Shown here piece after piece: positions 20,201 through 30,421 of a DNA stretch of 64,000 nucleotides. The stretch is from an uncultured Bacteroidota bacterium (GTDB lineage Bacteria > Bacteroidota > Ignavibacteria > UBA10030 > UBA6906), in contig CAVOYH010000003.1 of the NCBI GenBank assembly GCA_963700635.1, positions 1,248,001-1,312,000 of the forward strand, written 5' to 3'. The notes beneath the pieces were generated by a model, which saw only the letters and a list, made by a program, of their open reading frames with translations, was not told the origin of the DNA and did not search any database. Numbering within the stretch: the stretch's first letter is position 1; every line of letters starts with the position of its first letter. Made by a program: the position numbers and the translations under genes.

Positions 20201-20567
20201 CTTCGGAGACCGGACGGGTATAGCCTGCGAAATATCTCTTGGTACGGAGGAAGTCCAGATGGAGCGTGACAAGGCGACCGAACTGTTCCGGATTTATCAG
20301 GAGCTCCTTACCAATGTGGCCCGGCATGCCCATGCATCACGGGTGAATGTCACTCTCCATCTGGAAGGAGAACACGTTATTCTCGAAGTGCGTGACAATG
20401 GCCGGGGAATCCAGGAGGAAAATGTCCGACTCCCTTCATCGCTGGGTATTCTCGGTATGGAAGAGCGGGCCAGGCGTGTTAACGGTACACTCACCCTTGT
20501 GCAGGGCGATGAAGGTGGAACCGTGGCACGCGTTTGTGTTCCACGTAATCCCGGAGGCATGGTATGA
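17214..20567 (+). CDS. Membrane sensor histidine kinase: periplasmic beta-propeller repeats, Y_Y_Y-like domain, TM, PAS, HisKA_3/HATPase
   Basis: Repeated D.xG.xW.GT..GL units; TM segment; REEERxxxSREIHDELGQ; QELLTNVARHA; DNGRG. Confidence 0.88.
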   Translation: MLAISLLPRLLIFTLLIPVFAYAQMPQLYDSWRWARFGKEAGLSSEKILQLHESQNGEVWVYTAGGINRFDGFQWIPVKVPNIPVEGVHDLRISPDTAGILLSYDYMIYAVRRDTVVAIPVSDSRGPLATYATWREPGGSLVVRGDTALYRITGTNVSTLPSPFAPSQIRNVYPPVPANFIFPSDLGLWFKAGPALFRYESGNWENMYHSPGGFLRLHHLVENKAGSGMVILEPVTGDVRIFEWSRSGPLQELRGESGDLVQSLTVDPDGRFLLLYTSGELRFRHNGHWSWLPPLPPPVAQARFLKFGSRGDLWVGGDDGLFYCRISRDRWLNWKEPLPSLANMINEIVLARDGTFWIGTRDGIEIRKPDGQTQRIRELSGIPLGRVTAIGEDRDGHIWIGSGAAFAGAFCWNGRTWNHYGVKEGLAAPRIHRIAKDRRGRLWFLGLNTGRLVPGLVDEPGAFVLEDRTFIRWGKEEGLLDGRVYAFVEDAKGAYWFGTWSGLSRFHNGQWTYWQRDRGLRESRVWTLAVDSTDRVFFSHQFTGLGYFDAHDSVHYFGNADGLIGDQVWEVDVDQRGWVWVATSSGLGCWTGSEWFRFDSHAGLPNDKLWPILPMGREILVGTLGDGVAVLRLDSLNTVPPRVVIAEPVVEGDDASLSWTPHAYWGDLPAMGIKTRFRLSGTAWSTWSLQHAVTIRGLPAGTHQCEVQAESPLGQVRSQSAVRTFTIPPPLYLRPVVALPIVILLTLVITLALVGWLRRQSYNRTIRENEAKFRAQYKGNPIPTFTFRRLADDFVLNDCNDAAEVITLGNSREWLGKRFDEILPHASDAKDLLEECVRTSSTIRTDYSYQYQSVNRRVDLAVTFAFVPPDFVLVHTEDVTERKLSEEYLKQSREQLRALAARLQSVREEERTMLSREIHDELGQLMTGLKMDLAWIRRKVVDLGREIPDAVSQRMVQMNGLLDDAIQTVRKIAGQLRPAILDDLGLVPAIEWQARDFGDRTGIACEISLGTEEVQMERDKATELFRIYQELLTNVARHAHASRVNVTLHLEGEHVILEVRDNGRGIQEENVRLPSSLGILGMEERARRVNGTLTLVQGDEGGTVARVCVPRNPGGMV

Positions 20568-21199
20568 GGGTACTTATTGCCGATGATCATGCGGTTGTGC
20601 GACGGGGTGTCCGGCAGATACTGCTGGATGAATTTCCGGATTGTGAGGTAGTCGAAGCCCAGAACGCCGAAGAACTCGTGCGCTTTGTCCGCGCAGAGCA
20701 AACGGACATCGTTGTGCTTGACATCTCTCTTCCTGACCGGAACGGTCTGGACGTTCTTAAGGACCTCAAGCTCGAATTCCCTGCTCTGCCCGTGGTCGTC
20801 CTGAGCATGCATCCGGAAGAGCAGTTTGCCGTGCGGGTTCTTCGTGCAGGTGGCGTGGGATTTGTCACAAAAGAAAGCGCTTCGGATGAGCTGACCACGG
20901 CAGTGCGATTAGGGCTGAAACGGCAGCAATATCTTAGCCCCGCCCTTGCGCGCCGGCTCGCGCTGGAATCGATCACATATCCGAAAGATCTTCCATCACC
21001 TGTCGGACTCTCTGATCGGGAAGTCCAGATCCTTTGCCTCATTGCTCAAGGCAAGACCCTCGCCGAAATGAGGGATTCACTCTCCCTGAGCATCAAAACG
21101 GTAAGCACCTATCGGGCAAGGCTTATGGCGAAACTGAACGTGCAAAACAATGCCGAATTGATACATTATGCTATTGTGAATGGCTATGTCATAAAGTAA
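20564..21199 (+). CDS. NarL/FixJ-family response regulator (REC + LuxR HTH)
   Basis: IADDH, VLDISLP, VTK and LSDRE...LSIKTVSTYRARL motifs; overlaps the kinase stop codon. Confidence 0.92.
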   Translation: MRVLIADDHAVVRRGVRQILLDEFPDCEVVEAQNAEELVRFVRAEQTDIVVLDISLPDRNGLDVLKDLKLEFPALPVVVLSMHPEEQFAVRVLRAGGVGFVTKESASDELTTAVRLGLKRQQYLSPALARRLALESITYPKDLPSPVGLSDREVQILCLIAQGKTLAEMRDSLSLSIKTVSTYRARLMAKLNVQNNAELIHYAIVNGYVIK

Positions 21200-21368
21200 G
21201 ACTCCGTCTGCCAATATGACTGCCACTTCTTCCTACGAGGCCTTCCAGAGATTCTGACACAGACCGCTTTCTTTTCAGGCAGATTCCTACACGAAAATCA
21301 GATGATTTGGAATTGACTGGATCGGGGCAGGTTGGTACCTTGGCCTTGCTCATTGTTCGTTGCCATCA

Positions 21369-21821
21369 ATGCCCCCCAAACCCAAGACAACGCCCTGCAA
21401 CATCATCCTGGCCGACGCTCATTTTCTTGTGAGGCGTGGTCTCCGCCAGATTATCATCGATGCGCTAGGTTCGGCCACCATAAGAGAAGTTGCCGACGCA
21501 GAGTCGTTGGTGCGAGCGATAAAGCAGTCCATTCCCGATCTCATTCTCTTTGATATTTCGCTGCCTGGACCCGGAGGTCTCACCGTCTTCAAAGAGGTTC
21601 GTCAGTTACTCCCGCAGGATGTCCCCATCGTAGTGCTGAGCAGCCATCTGGAATCTGAATTTGTTCTCTGTACGATTGCTGCAGGGGCTCACGCGGTTGT
21701 TCTGACGGAGCGTGCCGATGAAGACCTTTTCCGAGCCATCGAGGCAATTCAATCGGGGAAGATTTACGTGAGCACTGCCCTGCTTACCACCCGCAGCACA
21801 CTCGCTGTTCTTTCCGCCTGA
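21369..21821 (+). CDS. Stand-alone receiver-domain protein, degenerate NarL-type REC without HTH
   Basis: ILADAH...LFDISLP resembles the upstream regulator; the protein ends shortly after GKIYVS. Confidence 0.7.
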   Translation: MPPKPKTTPCNIILADAHFLVRRGLRQIIIDALGSATIREVADAESLVRAIKQSIPDLILFDISLPGPGGLTVFKEVRQLLPQDVPIVVLSSHLESEFVLCTIAAGAHAVVLTERADEDLFRAIEAIQSGKIYVSTALLTTRSTLAVLSA

Positions 21822-21887
21822 TCGTCCTCACACAAAGCATCTCATGGCATAATCCCGTATATTGTGCGGAATTAATCTCATTGAGGA

Positions 21888-22964
21888 ATGGCGACTGCAC
21901 GTTTTTCAACCCCGGGCCGGGTGTGTCTGTTTGGCGAACATCAGGATTACCTCCAACTTCCTGTCGTTCCGTGCGCAATTTCATTGCGTATCACCATTCG
22001 TGGTGAGCATCAAAACGAACGGTCCATAACTGTCGAGCTGCCCGATATCAGTTCTCAGGAGGACCTGGCTCTCGACGAGCCGGCTCCCTACAGGCACAAC
22101 AGAGACTATCTTCGGAGTGGCCTGAATGTGATGCGGCGCCATGGTCATTCCTTCAACCGGGGCATCCGCGCCTCAGTCCGTAGTGCGATACCGATCAATG
22201 CCGGGACCTCAAGTTCATCCGCCTTGCTGGTAACCTGGGTCGCACTCCTCGCTCGATTAAGCGATCAGGAAAAGACCCTCTCTCCTGAAGAGTGCGCCCG
22301 GTATGCCCATGAGGCAGAAGTGCTGGAGTTTGGAGAGCCGGGCGGGCAGATGGATCATTATTCGACCGCGCTAGGAGGGATTCTTGCCATAGAGTTCGCC
22401 CCTGCGTTGCGTATTGATAAACTGGCCGTGTCGCCGGGCGCCTTTGTTCTGGGTAACTCCGGCGAGCCCAAAGACACCACCGGTATTCTCAGGCGTGTAC
22501 GGGACAGAGTGCAGCACATTACCCGGATACTTGAGCAAAGGCATCCGGGGTTCTCGTTGCAGACCGCGGCAGAAAGCACCATCGCGGACCTTGGAGCAGA
22601 ACTTCCCTCTGATGATGCCCTTCTCCTCGCCGGAACGATCAAGAACAGACAGCTGACGCGCGAAGCCCGCGCACTGCTCGGCTCCGCGGCGGTCGACTAC
22701 CGTCAACTCGGTGTGCTGCTGAACGAACACCACGCCGTGCTCTCCGGCACACTCCGCATCTCTACACCGAAAATTGACCGTATGCTTGACGCGGCATCTG
22801 CGGCAGGTGCCTACGGGGGGAAAATTAATGGATCCGGTGGGGGAGGATGTATGTTTGTGTATGCGCCCGAGAATCCTTCGAATATTGCGCAAGCCATAAC
22901 GGAGGTGGGGGGTGAAGCCTTCATCGTCCATATGACTGATGGGATTCGCCAGGAAGGTGCGTAG
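21888..22964 (+). CDS. GHMP-family sugar kinase (galactokinase-like)
   Basis: PGRVCLFGEHQDY, PINAGTSSSSA, GGQMDH and GGKINGSGGGG motifs. Confidence 0.88.
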   Translation: MATARFSTPGRVCLFGEHQDYLQLPVVPCAISLRITIRGEHQNERSITVELPDISSQEDLALDEPAPYRHNRDYLRSGLNVMRRHGHSFNRGIRASVRSAIPINAGTSSSSALLVTWVALLARLSDQEKTLSPEECARYAHEAEVLEFGEPGGQMDHYSTALGGILAIEFAPALRIDKLAVSPGAFVLGNSGEPKDTTGILRRVRDRVQHITRILEQRHPGFSLQTAAESTIADLGAELPSDDALLLAGTIKNRQLTREARALLGSAAVDYRQLGVLLNEHHAVLSGTLRISTPKIDRMLDAASAAGAYGGKINGSGGGGCMFVYAPENPSNIAQAITEVGGEAFIVHMTDGIRQEGA

Positions 22965-22970
22965 GACACC

Positions 22971-23861
22971 ATGAATGAAGGGAACCTGGTGATTCTGGCA
23001 GGCGGAGGCTCTTCGCGCATGCAGTCATCGACTGCGCGCGTGGAGGGACTTGATCAAGAAACCCGTCGCCAGATTCTGAGCGGGGGAAAGACCATGGTGA
23101 GCGTTGATGCAGCCGGCCGACCTCTCATCGAGTACATCGTCCGGAACGCAGCAGCGGCAGGCTACCATCACGTGGCCCTCCTGCTGGGTGTAAAGAATCA
23201 GGGGCTGCGCGACTATTTCGAACAGAAGACCGGCAGCGGCGAGCTTCAACAGATAACGTGGACATTTGTGACACAACCCATCCCTCCCGGACGCAGCAAG
23301 CCTGAAGGCACAGCCGCTGCGTTATTGTGCGCCCTGCGGGCCGTGCCGTCATGGCAGGGACAACACTGTACCGTGTGTAACGGCGACAATTTGTATTCAA
23401 CGCAAGCCCTGCGCCTTCTCCGCGAATCCCAGGCTCCCAACGCCCTCATCGACTACGACCGCGCAGCCCTGCAGTTCAGTCAGGAACGGATCAGGAGCTT
23501 TGCCGTCTTGCTGAAAGACAGGGACGGCTACCTCCGCGCGATTGTTGAAAAGCCCTCGCCTGAAGATCTTGAAGCAGCCCGCGACCGGACCGGGCGGATC
23601 GGGGTGAGTATGAACCTGTTCCGCTTCAGCTATGATGTGATCTTCGGCTTGCTCGAGAAGGTGCCGATGCATCCACAACGACAGGAAAAGGAACTTCCCG
23701 CCGCTGTTGCAGCACTACTTTCGACCGACGCACACACGATGCAGACAATCCCTCTGTCAGAGCATGTTCCCGATCTGACCGATGCCCATGATATAGGGAC
23801 TTTGCGCGGGTTGTTGTCGCCAGACTCACCATCTGGCTCCCGGAATACGAAGTTTCAATGA
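22971..23861 (+). CDS. Sugar-phosphate nucleotidyltransferase
   Basis: ILAGGGSSRM, PEGTA, NGDNLY, IVEKP and SMN motifs. Confidence 0.82.
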   Translation: MNEGNLVILAGGGSSRMQSSTARVEGLDQETRRQILSGGKTMVSVDAAGRPLIEYIVRNAAAAGYHHVALLLGVKNQGLRDYFEQKTGSGELQQITWTFVTQPIPPGRSKPEGTAAALLCALRAVPSWQGQHCTVCNGDNLYSTQALRLLRESQAPNALIDYDRAALQFSQERIRSFAVLLKDRDGYLRAIVEKPSPEDLEAARDRTGRIGVSMNLFRFSYDVIFGLLEKVPMHPQRQEKELPAAVAALLSTDAHTMQTIPLSEHVPDLTDAHDIGTLRGLLSPDSPSGSRNTKFQ

Positions 23862-23901
23862 ATGAACACCCGTTAACGAAGGGAAGTTGCGGGACCTTGC
23901 C

Positions 23902-25131
23902 ATGAAACCTTCCGGCGACACGCCAATTCGGGATGATCGCCTGTTCACAGGCCGTTTTTTTGTGATGTGCCTGTTCACCTTTGTTGTCTTCCTCTCGGCA
24001 TTCCAGCTTTTTCCCACTGCCCCATTCCGGATCATTGACCTGGGCGGCAGCACATTCACCGCAGGACTCTTCCTCGGACTGCTGACCTATGCCTCTGCAT
24101 TTTCCGCTCCCCTGACCGGCGCTTTGTCCGACCGGCTGGGCCGCAGGAAAATGTTGCTGGTGAGCAGCTGGGCACTCGTGTTTTTTGCGGTGGCGTACGG
24201 ATTGAGCCCGAATTATCAGATCCCGCTGATTCTTGTTGTCTTCCACGGGCTGTTCTGGTCCGGCCTCCTTTCCGCCTCTTCGGCGTACATGGGGGATATT
24301 ATTCCTGCTCACAGAAGGGCCGAAGGCATCGGGTACTGGGGGATGTCGAGTGTACTGGCCATTGCGGTCGCACCGTCACTCGGTTTATGGATTTATGAGT
24401 ATGGCTGGGAATGGATGTGTGTTTCCATAGCAGCGCTGAGTCTCCTCATGGCTGCCATCGCCTACAAGCTTCCCGAGACTGTTCCACCCAGAAACGTACA
24501 GGGACCAAAACTTCATCTCCGTGATCTGGTTGAATGGAAGGTTCTTGTACTTTCCATAGCACTGTTTATGTACGCGGTCGGACACGGAGGTGCAACATCC
24601 TTTTCTGCAGTGTATGCCCGCGCGCTGGAGATTGACCCGCCGGGGCTGTTCTTTACCGTAAATGCCGTGATGATTCTTCTGACGCGCCCGTTTTCCGGGA
24701 TGCTGGCCGACCGCCTGGGGCACCGGAAAGTGCTGGTTCCGTGTCTTCTGCTCATCTTCATTGGTTTGCTCCTGCTTGCCTTCAGCACTTCAAAGACCCT
24801 GTTTGTTGTGGCGGCGGCCGTGTACGGGCTGGGAATCGGCAATGTCTATCCGGTGTTCTCCGCATACATCATTCAACGGATCCCGGCCGAACGTCGTGGT
24901 GCGGCATTCGGGAGTGTTCTTGCGGCATTTGACACGGGGATAGGGACCGGTTCAATGATGACCGGCTTCCTCATCGAGCGGTACGGATTTACGGTGGCAT
25001 TTCTCTCCACCGCGGCACTTGCAGGTCTGGCGGTGCCGTATTTTCTGATTGCAGAAAAACGGCTTGCCTTAGATGATTCTCACCCGCCGCATTCCTCCCT
25101 TACCCCTTTAAAGCAGGACAGCCCGGAATGA
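23902..25131 (+). CDS. MFS transporter
   Basis: About 12 TM segments; GALSDRLGRR and GMLADRLGHR motif A repeats. Confidence 0.92.
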   Translation: MKPSGDTPIRDDRLFTGRFFVMCLFTFVVFLSAFQLFPTAPFRIIDLGGSTFTAGLFLGLLTYASAFSAPLTGALSDRLGRRKMLLVSSWALVFFAVAYGLSPNYQIPLILVVFHGLFWSGLLSASSAYMGDIIPAHRRAEGIGYWGMSSVLAIAVAPSLGLWIYEYGWEWMCVSIAALSLLMAAIAYKLPETVPPRNVQGPKLHLRDLVEWKVLVLSIALFMYAVGHGGATSFSAVYARALEIDPPGLFFTVNAVMILLTRPFSGMLADRLGHRKVLVPCLLLIFIGLLLLAFSTSKTLFVVAAAVYGLGIGNVYPVFSAYIIQRIPAERRGAAFGSVLAAFDTGIGTGSMMTGFLIERYGFTVAFLSTAALAGLAVPYFLIAEKRLALDDSHPPHSSLTPLKQDSPE

Positions 25132-25144
25132 TACGCCGGGCTGT
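25118..25144. terminator. Hairpin between convergent MFS and gpmA genes (possible terminator)
   Basis: ACAGCCCGG-N9-CCGGGCTGT inverted repeat; no strong U-tract. Confidence 0.45.
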
Positions 25145-25167
25145 GTCTGCACTGCCATCCAGGGAAT

Positions 25168-25914
25168 CTATTTTTTCTTAAGTTGATCGGCGACCGCTTT
25201 TGCCGCTGCCTGAATCGCGGCCTCGTCGCCAAGATAGTAGTGACGGATGGGTCTCAGCTGGTCGTCCAACTCATACACGAGCGGAATGCCGGTCGGGATG
25301 TTGAGTTCAACGATCTCCTGTTCGGGGATATTGTCCAGGTATTTCACCAGTGCGCGAAGACTGTTTCCATGTGCTGCGATGAGTACGCGTTTTCCTGATT
25401 GGACAGCGGGAGCGATGGTCTGGTGCCAGTGAGGGAGAAAGCGGGCAACCGTATCCTTAAGTGATTCAGTGAGGGGGAGATCCCCGGGATTAAGTCCGGC
25501 GTACCGCGCTTCGCGCAGGGGATATCGCGGGTCGTCCGGAGTGAGGGCAGGAGGCGGAATGTCGTAACTCCTGCGCCATATCTTCACCTGTTCAAGTCCA
25601 TGTTTCTCAGCGGTTTCCGTCTTATTCAGACCCTGGAGGCTTCCGTAGTGACGCTCATTCAGGCGCCAGCTGTTATACACCGGGATATACATCTGGTCAA
25701 GTTCTTCGAGTGCGACCCAGAGTGTTTTGATGGCGCGGGAGAGCACAGAAGTAAACGCGACGTCAAACGTATACCCCTCTTTTCGTAGTGTCTTTCCGGC
25801 CTCACGTGCCTCCAGCAGCCCTTTTTCACTCAGCCCTACATCGGTCCATCCGGTGAAACGATTCTCCTTGTTCCATGTGCTTTCGCCGTGACGCAATAAG
25901 ACCAGCTTCTTCAT
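25168..25914 (-). CDS. gpmA: 2,3-bisphosphoglycerate-dependent phosphoglycerate mutase
   Basis: [34 protein letters not shown] and IPTGIP motifs; AGGAGA RBS. Confidence 0.96.
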   Translation of the reverse strand: MKKLVLLRHGESTWNKENRFTGWTDVGLSEKGLLEAREAGKTLRKEGYTFDVAFTSVLSRAIKTLWVALEELDQMYIPVYNSWRLNERHYGSLQGLNKTETAEKHGLEQVKIWRRSYDIPPPALTPDDPRYPLREARYAGLNPGDLPLTESLKDTVARFLPHWHQTIAPAVQSGKRVLIAAHGNSLRALVKYLDNIPEQEIVELNIPTGIPLVYELDDQLRPIRHYYLGDEAAIQAAAKAVADQLKKK

Positions 25915-26035
25915 GATGTATACGTCCTCTCCTTGTGAACGGGATGACAACCCACAAGGTACGGGTTTTTTTACGGTGGTGCAAAGACCCCGGGATGTGT
26001 CCGGCCAGGCAGCGGGAGTTCCGGGGAAAAGACAT

Positions 26036-28057
26036 TCAGGGTTTTGTTTCTTTTGCCTGCGGCACGAACAACCATTCAGGCGGATGGAGCAAGTTCAGGT
26101 GATCGCGCAGTGAAGGATCAAGCAGCAGGAGACCGACCTGGTATGAAGCATTGGTCCATCCAAATCCCTCACGCGTGATGTAGGAGAAGTCTGTACCCAC
26201 ATTGCCGTATTCTGCGAAAACCTGATGAGAACGAAGTTGCACATCGTACTTCTCCGTTACTGTTCCCGCATAGTATGCGGCATTGACGGTAATGGTAAAA
26301 AGCCATCGATAGGCAAGCCGCTGGGCGGCCGCAGAAAAACCGTAACGCTGGAGCCCACCCCACACCAGCATTTGGTGGGGCGCCCAGCCATATGGATAAT
26401 CCCATTGGCGCAGAGGATGTTCGGGAGTCACCGGTCCCCTGGAGATCTCGCCGGAGGATGCGATGCCCCCCGGTTCTTCCAGCAGCGGAAGAAGATTGGA
26501 AACGATGCTTCGGGCCTGCCCGGGTGATGCACACCCTGCCCACAATGGATAGAACCCGGTGGCGCTGGTATAGGGGATCCTGCGTTGCGCGACGATGTCA
26601 TAATCCAGGTACACTCCCCGCTCCGTATCCCAGAGCAGGGAATCGATTCGTGTTTTTCGATCCTGTGCCCGGCGGCGCCACTCTGCCCCCGTCGAAGTGC
26701 GTCCGTCTGGCAGAGTGAGTGTGCCGCCGAATTCAGAGGTGATCATCTGAGCCAGGTCATCCTCAATCTTGTAGAGAAGGGAATTCAGATCCACCGTAAC
26801 AAGGTTTCCGCAGCGCCCGAGCAGGCGATAACCTGTATCGTGTCCTGATTCACGCATCGCTCTGTCATGGACGAAGAACGAATCGAGTGCAGGGATCTTC
26901 AGTGTGCCCCCCTTATAGGCCTGTTCAAGGGCTTGCGGGGTCATACCATATCGAGGCGCATAGTGCCGGAACACAGGGGCAAAGTGACCGGGTTCGACTT
27001 CTGGAGGAACGCCGCTGCTCTCGTCGAGATACCTGCTGAGTCCGGTATCGGTAAGCCGGAGTTTGCCCATCCAGACGGTATCGTATTCGACAATAGCCGC
27101 AGCCAGAATCTCTGCAAGCCATGTACGCGCGGCCGCACCAGCGGGCATGCGCCGGTACACCTCGGTTGCCATAGAGGTCAAAAACGGCGGCTGGGATCGG
27201 CTCAGATAGTATGTTCGATTGGCGTTAAGAATCTTGCCGTAGTGACGGATCTGATAGGCCATATTGTCAACCATACTGCGAGCCAGCTCAAGGCGGCCGT
27301 CAGCGAGAAGTCCCAGGACAATAAAATAACTGTCCCATCCGTACATTTCATTAAATCTGCCACCGGGGACCACGAAAGGAAGCCCGGTTATACGCCCGTC
27401 AGCATGCCGCCGGAGAGCGAGAGTCAGGAGCCCGTGTTCTCGTCCCCCATCTTCCGCAAAAGCGATACGGGATGAAGACGGCAGGGCGTGGACGATAATG
27501 CCCGGTTCGGGCAGGCGTCCGGACAACGATCGGAAATAGTCGAGCGCCAGACTATCACTGTGAGGCACATACACATGCGCGGGACCTGCACGGCCGGCCA
27601 TTTTGGAATCTGCCACGATGTTCAGGAGACCGGCTGAGTCCACGTTTCTGGTCAGGCCGTCCCAGTACCGTTCGCGGATCAACCGGGTAATCCGGGAGGA
27701 GGGAGGCTCGTAGATCCGGCGGAATGAGAGATCCGCGGTGTCTCTTCCCCGTTCCTTCTCCAGGGCCAGTTCCTGAAGCAGATGTGACAACGGCTGGATG
27801 CCGAACACGTCGAATGACCGTCCATCGGTCAGCGGGATGGAGAACTTCTTGTCACCGCGAATGGTCCCGCGGATCGGCGCATCAAGGACCGTGATCCGGG
27901 TATCATGGTCAGTGTCCTCTTCGGTGAGCAGTGAGGAAAATACCTGTGCAGTCACAACCCGCACGGCGACACTATCAACCTGACCCCACGAAGAAGAAAA
28001 GAAGATGCAGAGAGCCAGACCGATGATAGTGGTGCTGGCCTGTAGAGAGAGTCTCAT
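26036..28057 (-). CDS. Alpha,alpha-trehalase (GH37) with signal peptide
   Basis: [48 protein letters not shown] and EGFGWTN motifs. Confidence 0.9.
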   Translation of the reverse strand: MRLSLQASTTIIGLALCIFFSSSWGQVDSVAVRVVTAQVFSSLLTEEDTDHDTRITVLDAPIRGTIRGDKKFSIPLTDGRSFDVFGIQPLSHLLQELALEKERGRDTADLSFRRIYEPPSSRITRLIRERYWDGLTRNVDSAGLLNIVADSKMAGRAGPAHVYVPHSDSLALDYFRSLSGRLPEPGIIVHALPSSSRIAFAEDGGREHGLLTLALRRHADGRITGLPFVVPGGRFNEMYGWDSYFIVLGLLADGRLELARSMVDNMAYQIRHYGKILNANRTYYLSRSQPPFLTSMATEVYRRMPAGAAARTWLAEILAAAIVEYDTVWMGKLRLTDTGLSRYLDESSGVPPEVEPGHFAPVFRHYAPRYGMTPQALEQAYKGGTLKIPALDSFFVHDRAMRESGHDTGYRLLGRCGNLVTVDLNSLLYKIEDDLAQMITSEFGGTLTLPDGRTSTGAEWRRRAQDRKTRIDSLLWDTERGVYLDYDIVAQRRIPYTSATGFYPLWAGCASPGQARSIVSNLLPLLEEPGGIASSGEISRGPVTPEHPLRQWDYPYGWAPHQMLVWGGLQRYGFSAAAQRLAYRWLFTITVNAAYYAGTVTEKYDVQLRSHQVFAEYGNVGTDFSYITREGFGWTNASYQVGLLLLDPSLRDHLNLLHPPEWLFVPQAKETKP

Positions 28058-28099
28058 GGCAATGTTCCATCCGGATTGGGTAATCGAGGGCCTTTCCTC

Positions 28100-30409
28100 T
28101 CAGGGAGAGAGCGAGGAGAGCATGTCAAGGACTTCATGGTGGTCCCTGAAGTTGTACCGCGCCTGGGTATTGGTTATGCCGATACGCACCGTGTAGGCTG
28201 CCGCGGGGAGCGCTGTAAACAGATCTTCATCTGTCCAGTCGTCTCCCGCCGCGAACGTGAAGCCATAGGAGGAGCGGTTTGTCCAATGGCGTGCACCGAC
28301 CCCTTTATTCACTCCGGCGTTCCGGACTTCAATCACTTTTGCTCCCCGGAGGACCTGGACATCAATGTTTCCCGTGAACGTCATCACATGGTCGGCCAGT
28401 TCGGCTTCGATCGGGCGGGACTGATCGGGGTCTGCTGCCCGGCAATGCCAGACAAGGGAATGTTCCTTCTCTTCGACAAAAGCTCCCGGAAGTCTGTCAG
28501 CATAGAGCTGGAATATTGGCTGCAGCTGTGCTTTCCAGGCACTCGTCCGGTGTTGCGCCTTGAACCATTCCTGGTGCGCTTCGCGGATCCAGAATCCGTG
28601 TTCGGCGACCAGTCCGATGGGTAGTGTACCAAACCATTCATCCAGGACTGCGCGCTGCCGGCCGCTGATGATAACCAGTGTCGTGCGGGGATCGGCGGAA
28701 AGACGTGTCAGAAGGTTAAGAAGCGTTTGTCCGGGGCGTGCCTGCTGTGGTCGGCGTGCAAAGGGAACAAGCGTGCCGTCGTAGTCCAGGAGAAGGAGGC
28801 GTGATTCCGCCGCATGATAGGCCAGACGTACCTGTTCCTTTGCGGCCGGAGAGAGGAGTTTTGCATAGTAGTGCTGTTGCACATCATGCATTGCCTCCAG
28901 TTCGGAAAGGAAGTCATGTGCCCACCGATGGATGTCATACCTGCGCAGACGCTCACGCATGATCTGATTCCTGCGCAGTTGTTCCTCCGGCGGCATTTCC
29001 AGGGCCTCGCGCATTGCATCGGCCATCTCGATACGATCGTTAGGGTTGATGACGATGGATTCACCAAGCTCTTTGGCCGCGCCAGCCATCTCGCTCAGGA
29101 TCAGCACACCGGTACCGCTGGCACGCGCAGCGATGTACTCCTTTGCGATGAGGTTCATGCCGTCACGCAGCGGCGTTACCAGCGTGACATCACTTTCGCT
29201 GTACAACGCCATAAGGGGTTCGAACGAAAGATACCGGTACTGGTAAATAACCGGCGTCCACCCGATCGTGCCAAACCGTCCGTTGATCCGTCCGACGGCC
29301 TCCTCGATCTGTTTCTTCATCAGTTCATATTGGTCCACGCCGATTCTGGACGGTACGACAATGAGGACGAGTACGACGGCATTGCGGTAGCCCAGGTCGG
29401 TTTTCAGCAAATGTTCGAATGCGTGGAGCCGGTTAAGAATTCCCTTGGTGTAGTCAAGGCGGTCCACGGAAAGGATAAGGCGGCGGTTGCCGATCTCCTC
29501 GCGCAGTTTGTTCCGTTCAATCTCGACGGCCGGCTCGCCCGCCCCGGTCGCGAATTTGTCGAAGTCTATGCCCATGGGAAACGTCTTGCTGTGCACCACA
29601 TGGCTTGGAAGCACAAGGCGGCCCATCTGATGCTCGTGACCCAGGATACGGAGGACAGACTGGAGAAAGTGCTGGCTGTACTCATAGGTATGAAACCCGA
29701 CAAGGTCGGCTCCGAGCAATCCCTCGAGTATTGCCTTCCGCCACCGGCCGGGGAGCAGCCGGAAGATCTCGAAGGACGGAAACGGAATATGCAGGAAGAA
29801 GCCGATCGATACATCAGACAGACGGTCACGGAGCAGTTTCGGGAGGAGCATCAGGTGATAGTCATGGACCCAGATAATATCACCCGGGCGCGCCGTTGCG
29901 GCGATGACGTCGCAGAATTGCTGGTTCACCCGGCAGTACTGTTCCCAGTGCTCTTCGAGGTATGATGTGTACACCGCAAAGTAGTGGAAAAGAGGCCAGA
30001 TGGTCTTGTTGCAGAAGCCATGATAGAAGTGCTCCATATCTTTTTCGGTCAGGAAGACGGGAAGTGCACCGGCTTCATCGAAGGAGCGTTTCCGCGCGGC
30101 TTCCTGGATCTCCGGTGCGAGTGTCGAGCCGGGCCAGCCAACCCAGAGGGAATCCATTTCCGGTTCTGCAGCGCCGGCCAGGTATGATCTCATCCCTGTT
30201 ACAAGACCGCCGGTGGCTTCGGTGAACCGGACCTCTCCCTCAACCTCGGAGATGGTAAACGGGAGCCGGTTTGAAACGACGATGAGTCTGCGCCCCTGAG
30301 TGCCGCTGCGGGTACCTTTGCTTGCTGATGGTATTGCCATCTGTGATGCAAGGCCGGTCCTCCCGTCCGGTGTTCCGGATGCGGGGGAACTTCCCCGGGG
30401 ATCTTTCAT
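28100..30409 (-). CDS. Bifunctional trehalose-6-phosphate synthase/phosphatase (OtsA-OtsB fusion)
   Basis: VSNRLP, WVHDYHL, HIPFPS, VDRLDYTKG and DGMNL motifs; HAD motifs LDYDGTL and GDDWTDED. Start uncertain. Confidence 0.93.
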   Translation of the reverse strand: MKDPRGSSPASGTPDGRTGLASQMAIPSASKGTRSGTQGRRLIVVSNRLPFTISEVEGEVRFTEATGGLVTGMRSYLAGAAEPEMDSLWVGWPGSTLAPEIQEAARKRSFDEAGALPVFLTEKDMEHFYHGFCNKTIWPLFHYFAVYTSYLEEHWEQYCRVNQQFCDVIAATARPGDIIWVHDYHLMLLPKLLRDRLSDVSIGFFLHIPFPSFEIFRLLPGRWRKAILEGLLGADLVGFHTYEYSQHFLQSVLRILGHEHQMGRLVLPSHVVHSKTFPMGIDFDKFATGAGEPAVEIERNKLREEIGNRRLILSVDRLDYTKGILNRLHAFEHLLKTDLGYRNAVVLVLIVVPSRIGVDQYELMKKQIEEAVGRINGRFGTIGWTPVIYQYRYLSFEPLMALYSESDVTLVTPLRDGMNLIAKEYIAARASGTGVLILSEMAGAAKELGESIVINPNDRIEMADAMREALEMPPEEQLRRNQIMRERLRRYDIHRWAHDFLSELEAMHDVQQHYYAKLLSPAAKEQVRLAYHAAESRLLLLDYDGTLVPFARRPQQARPGQTLLNLLTRLSADPRTTLVIISGRQRAVLDEWFGTLPIGLVAEHGFWIREAHQEWFKAQHRTSAWKAQLQPIFQLYADRLPGAFVEEKEHSLVWHCRAADPDQSRPIEAELADHVMTFTGNIDVQVLRGAKVIEVRNAGVNKGVGARHWTNRSSYGFTFAAGDDWTDEDLFTALPAAAYTVRIGITNTQARYNFRDHHEVLDMLSSLSP

Positions 30410-30421
30410 TCATATTCCTTT

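Noticed and set aside
28814-29965. 383-aa plus-strand ORF
   Set aside because: Antisense shadow of the TPS/TPP gene.
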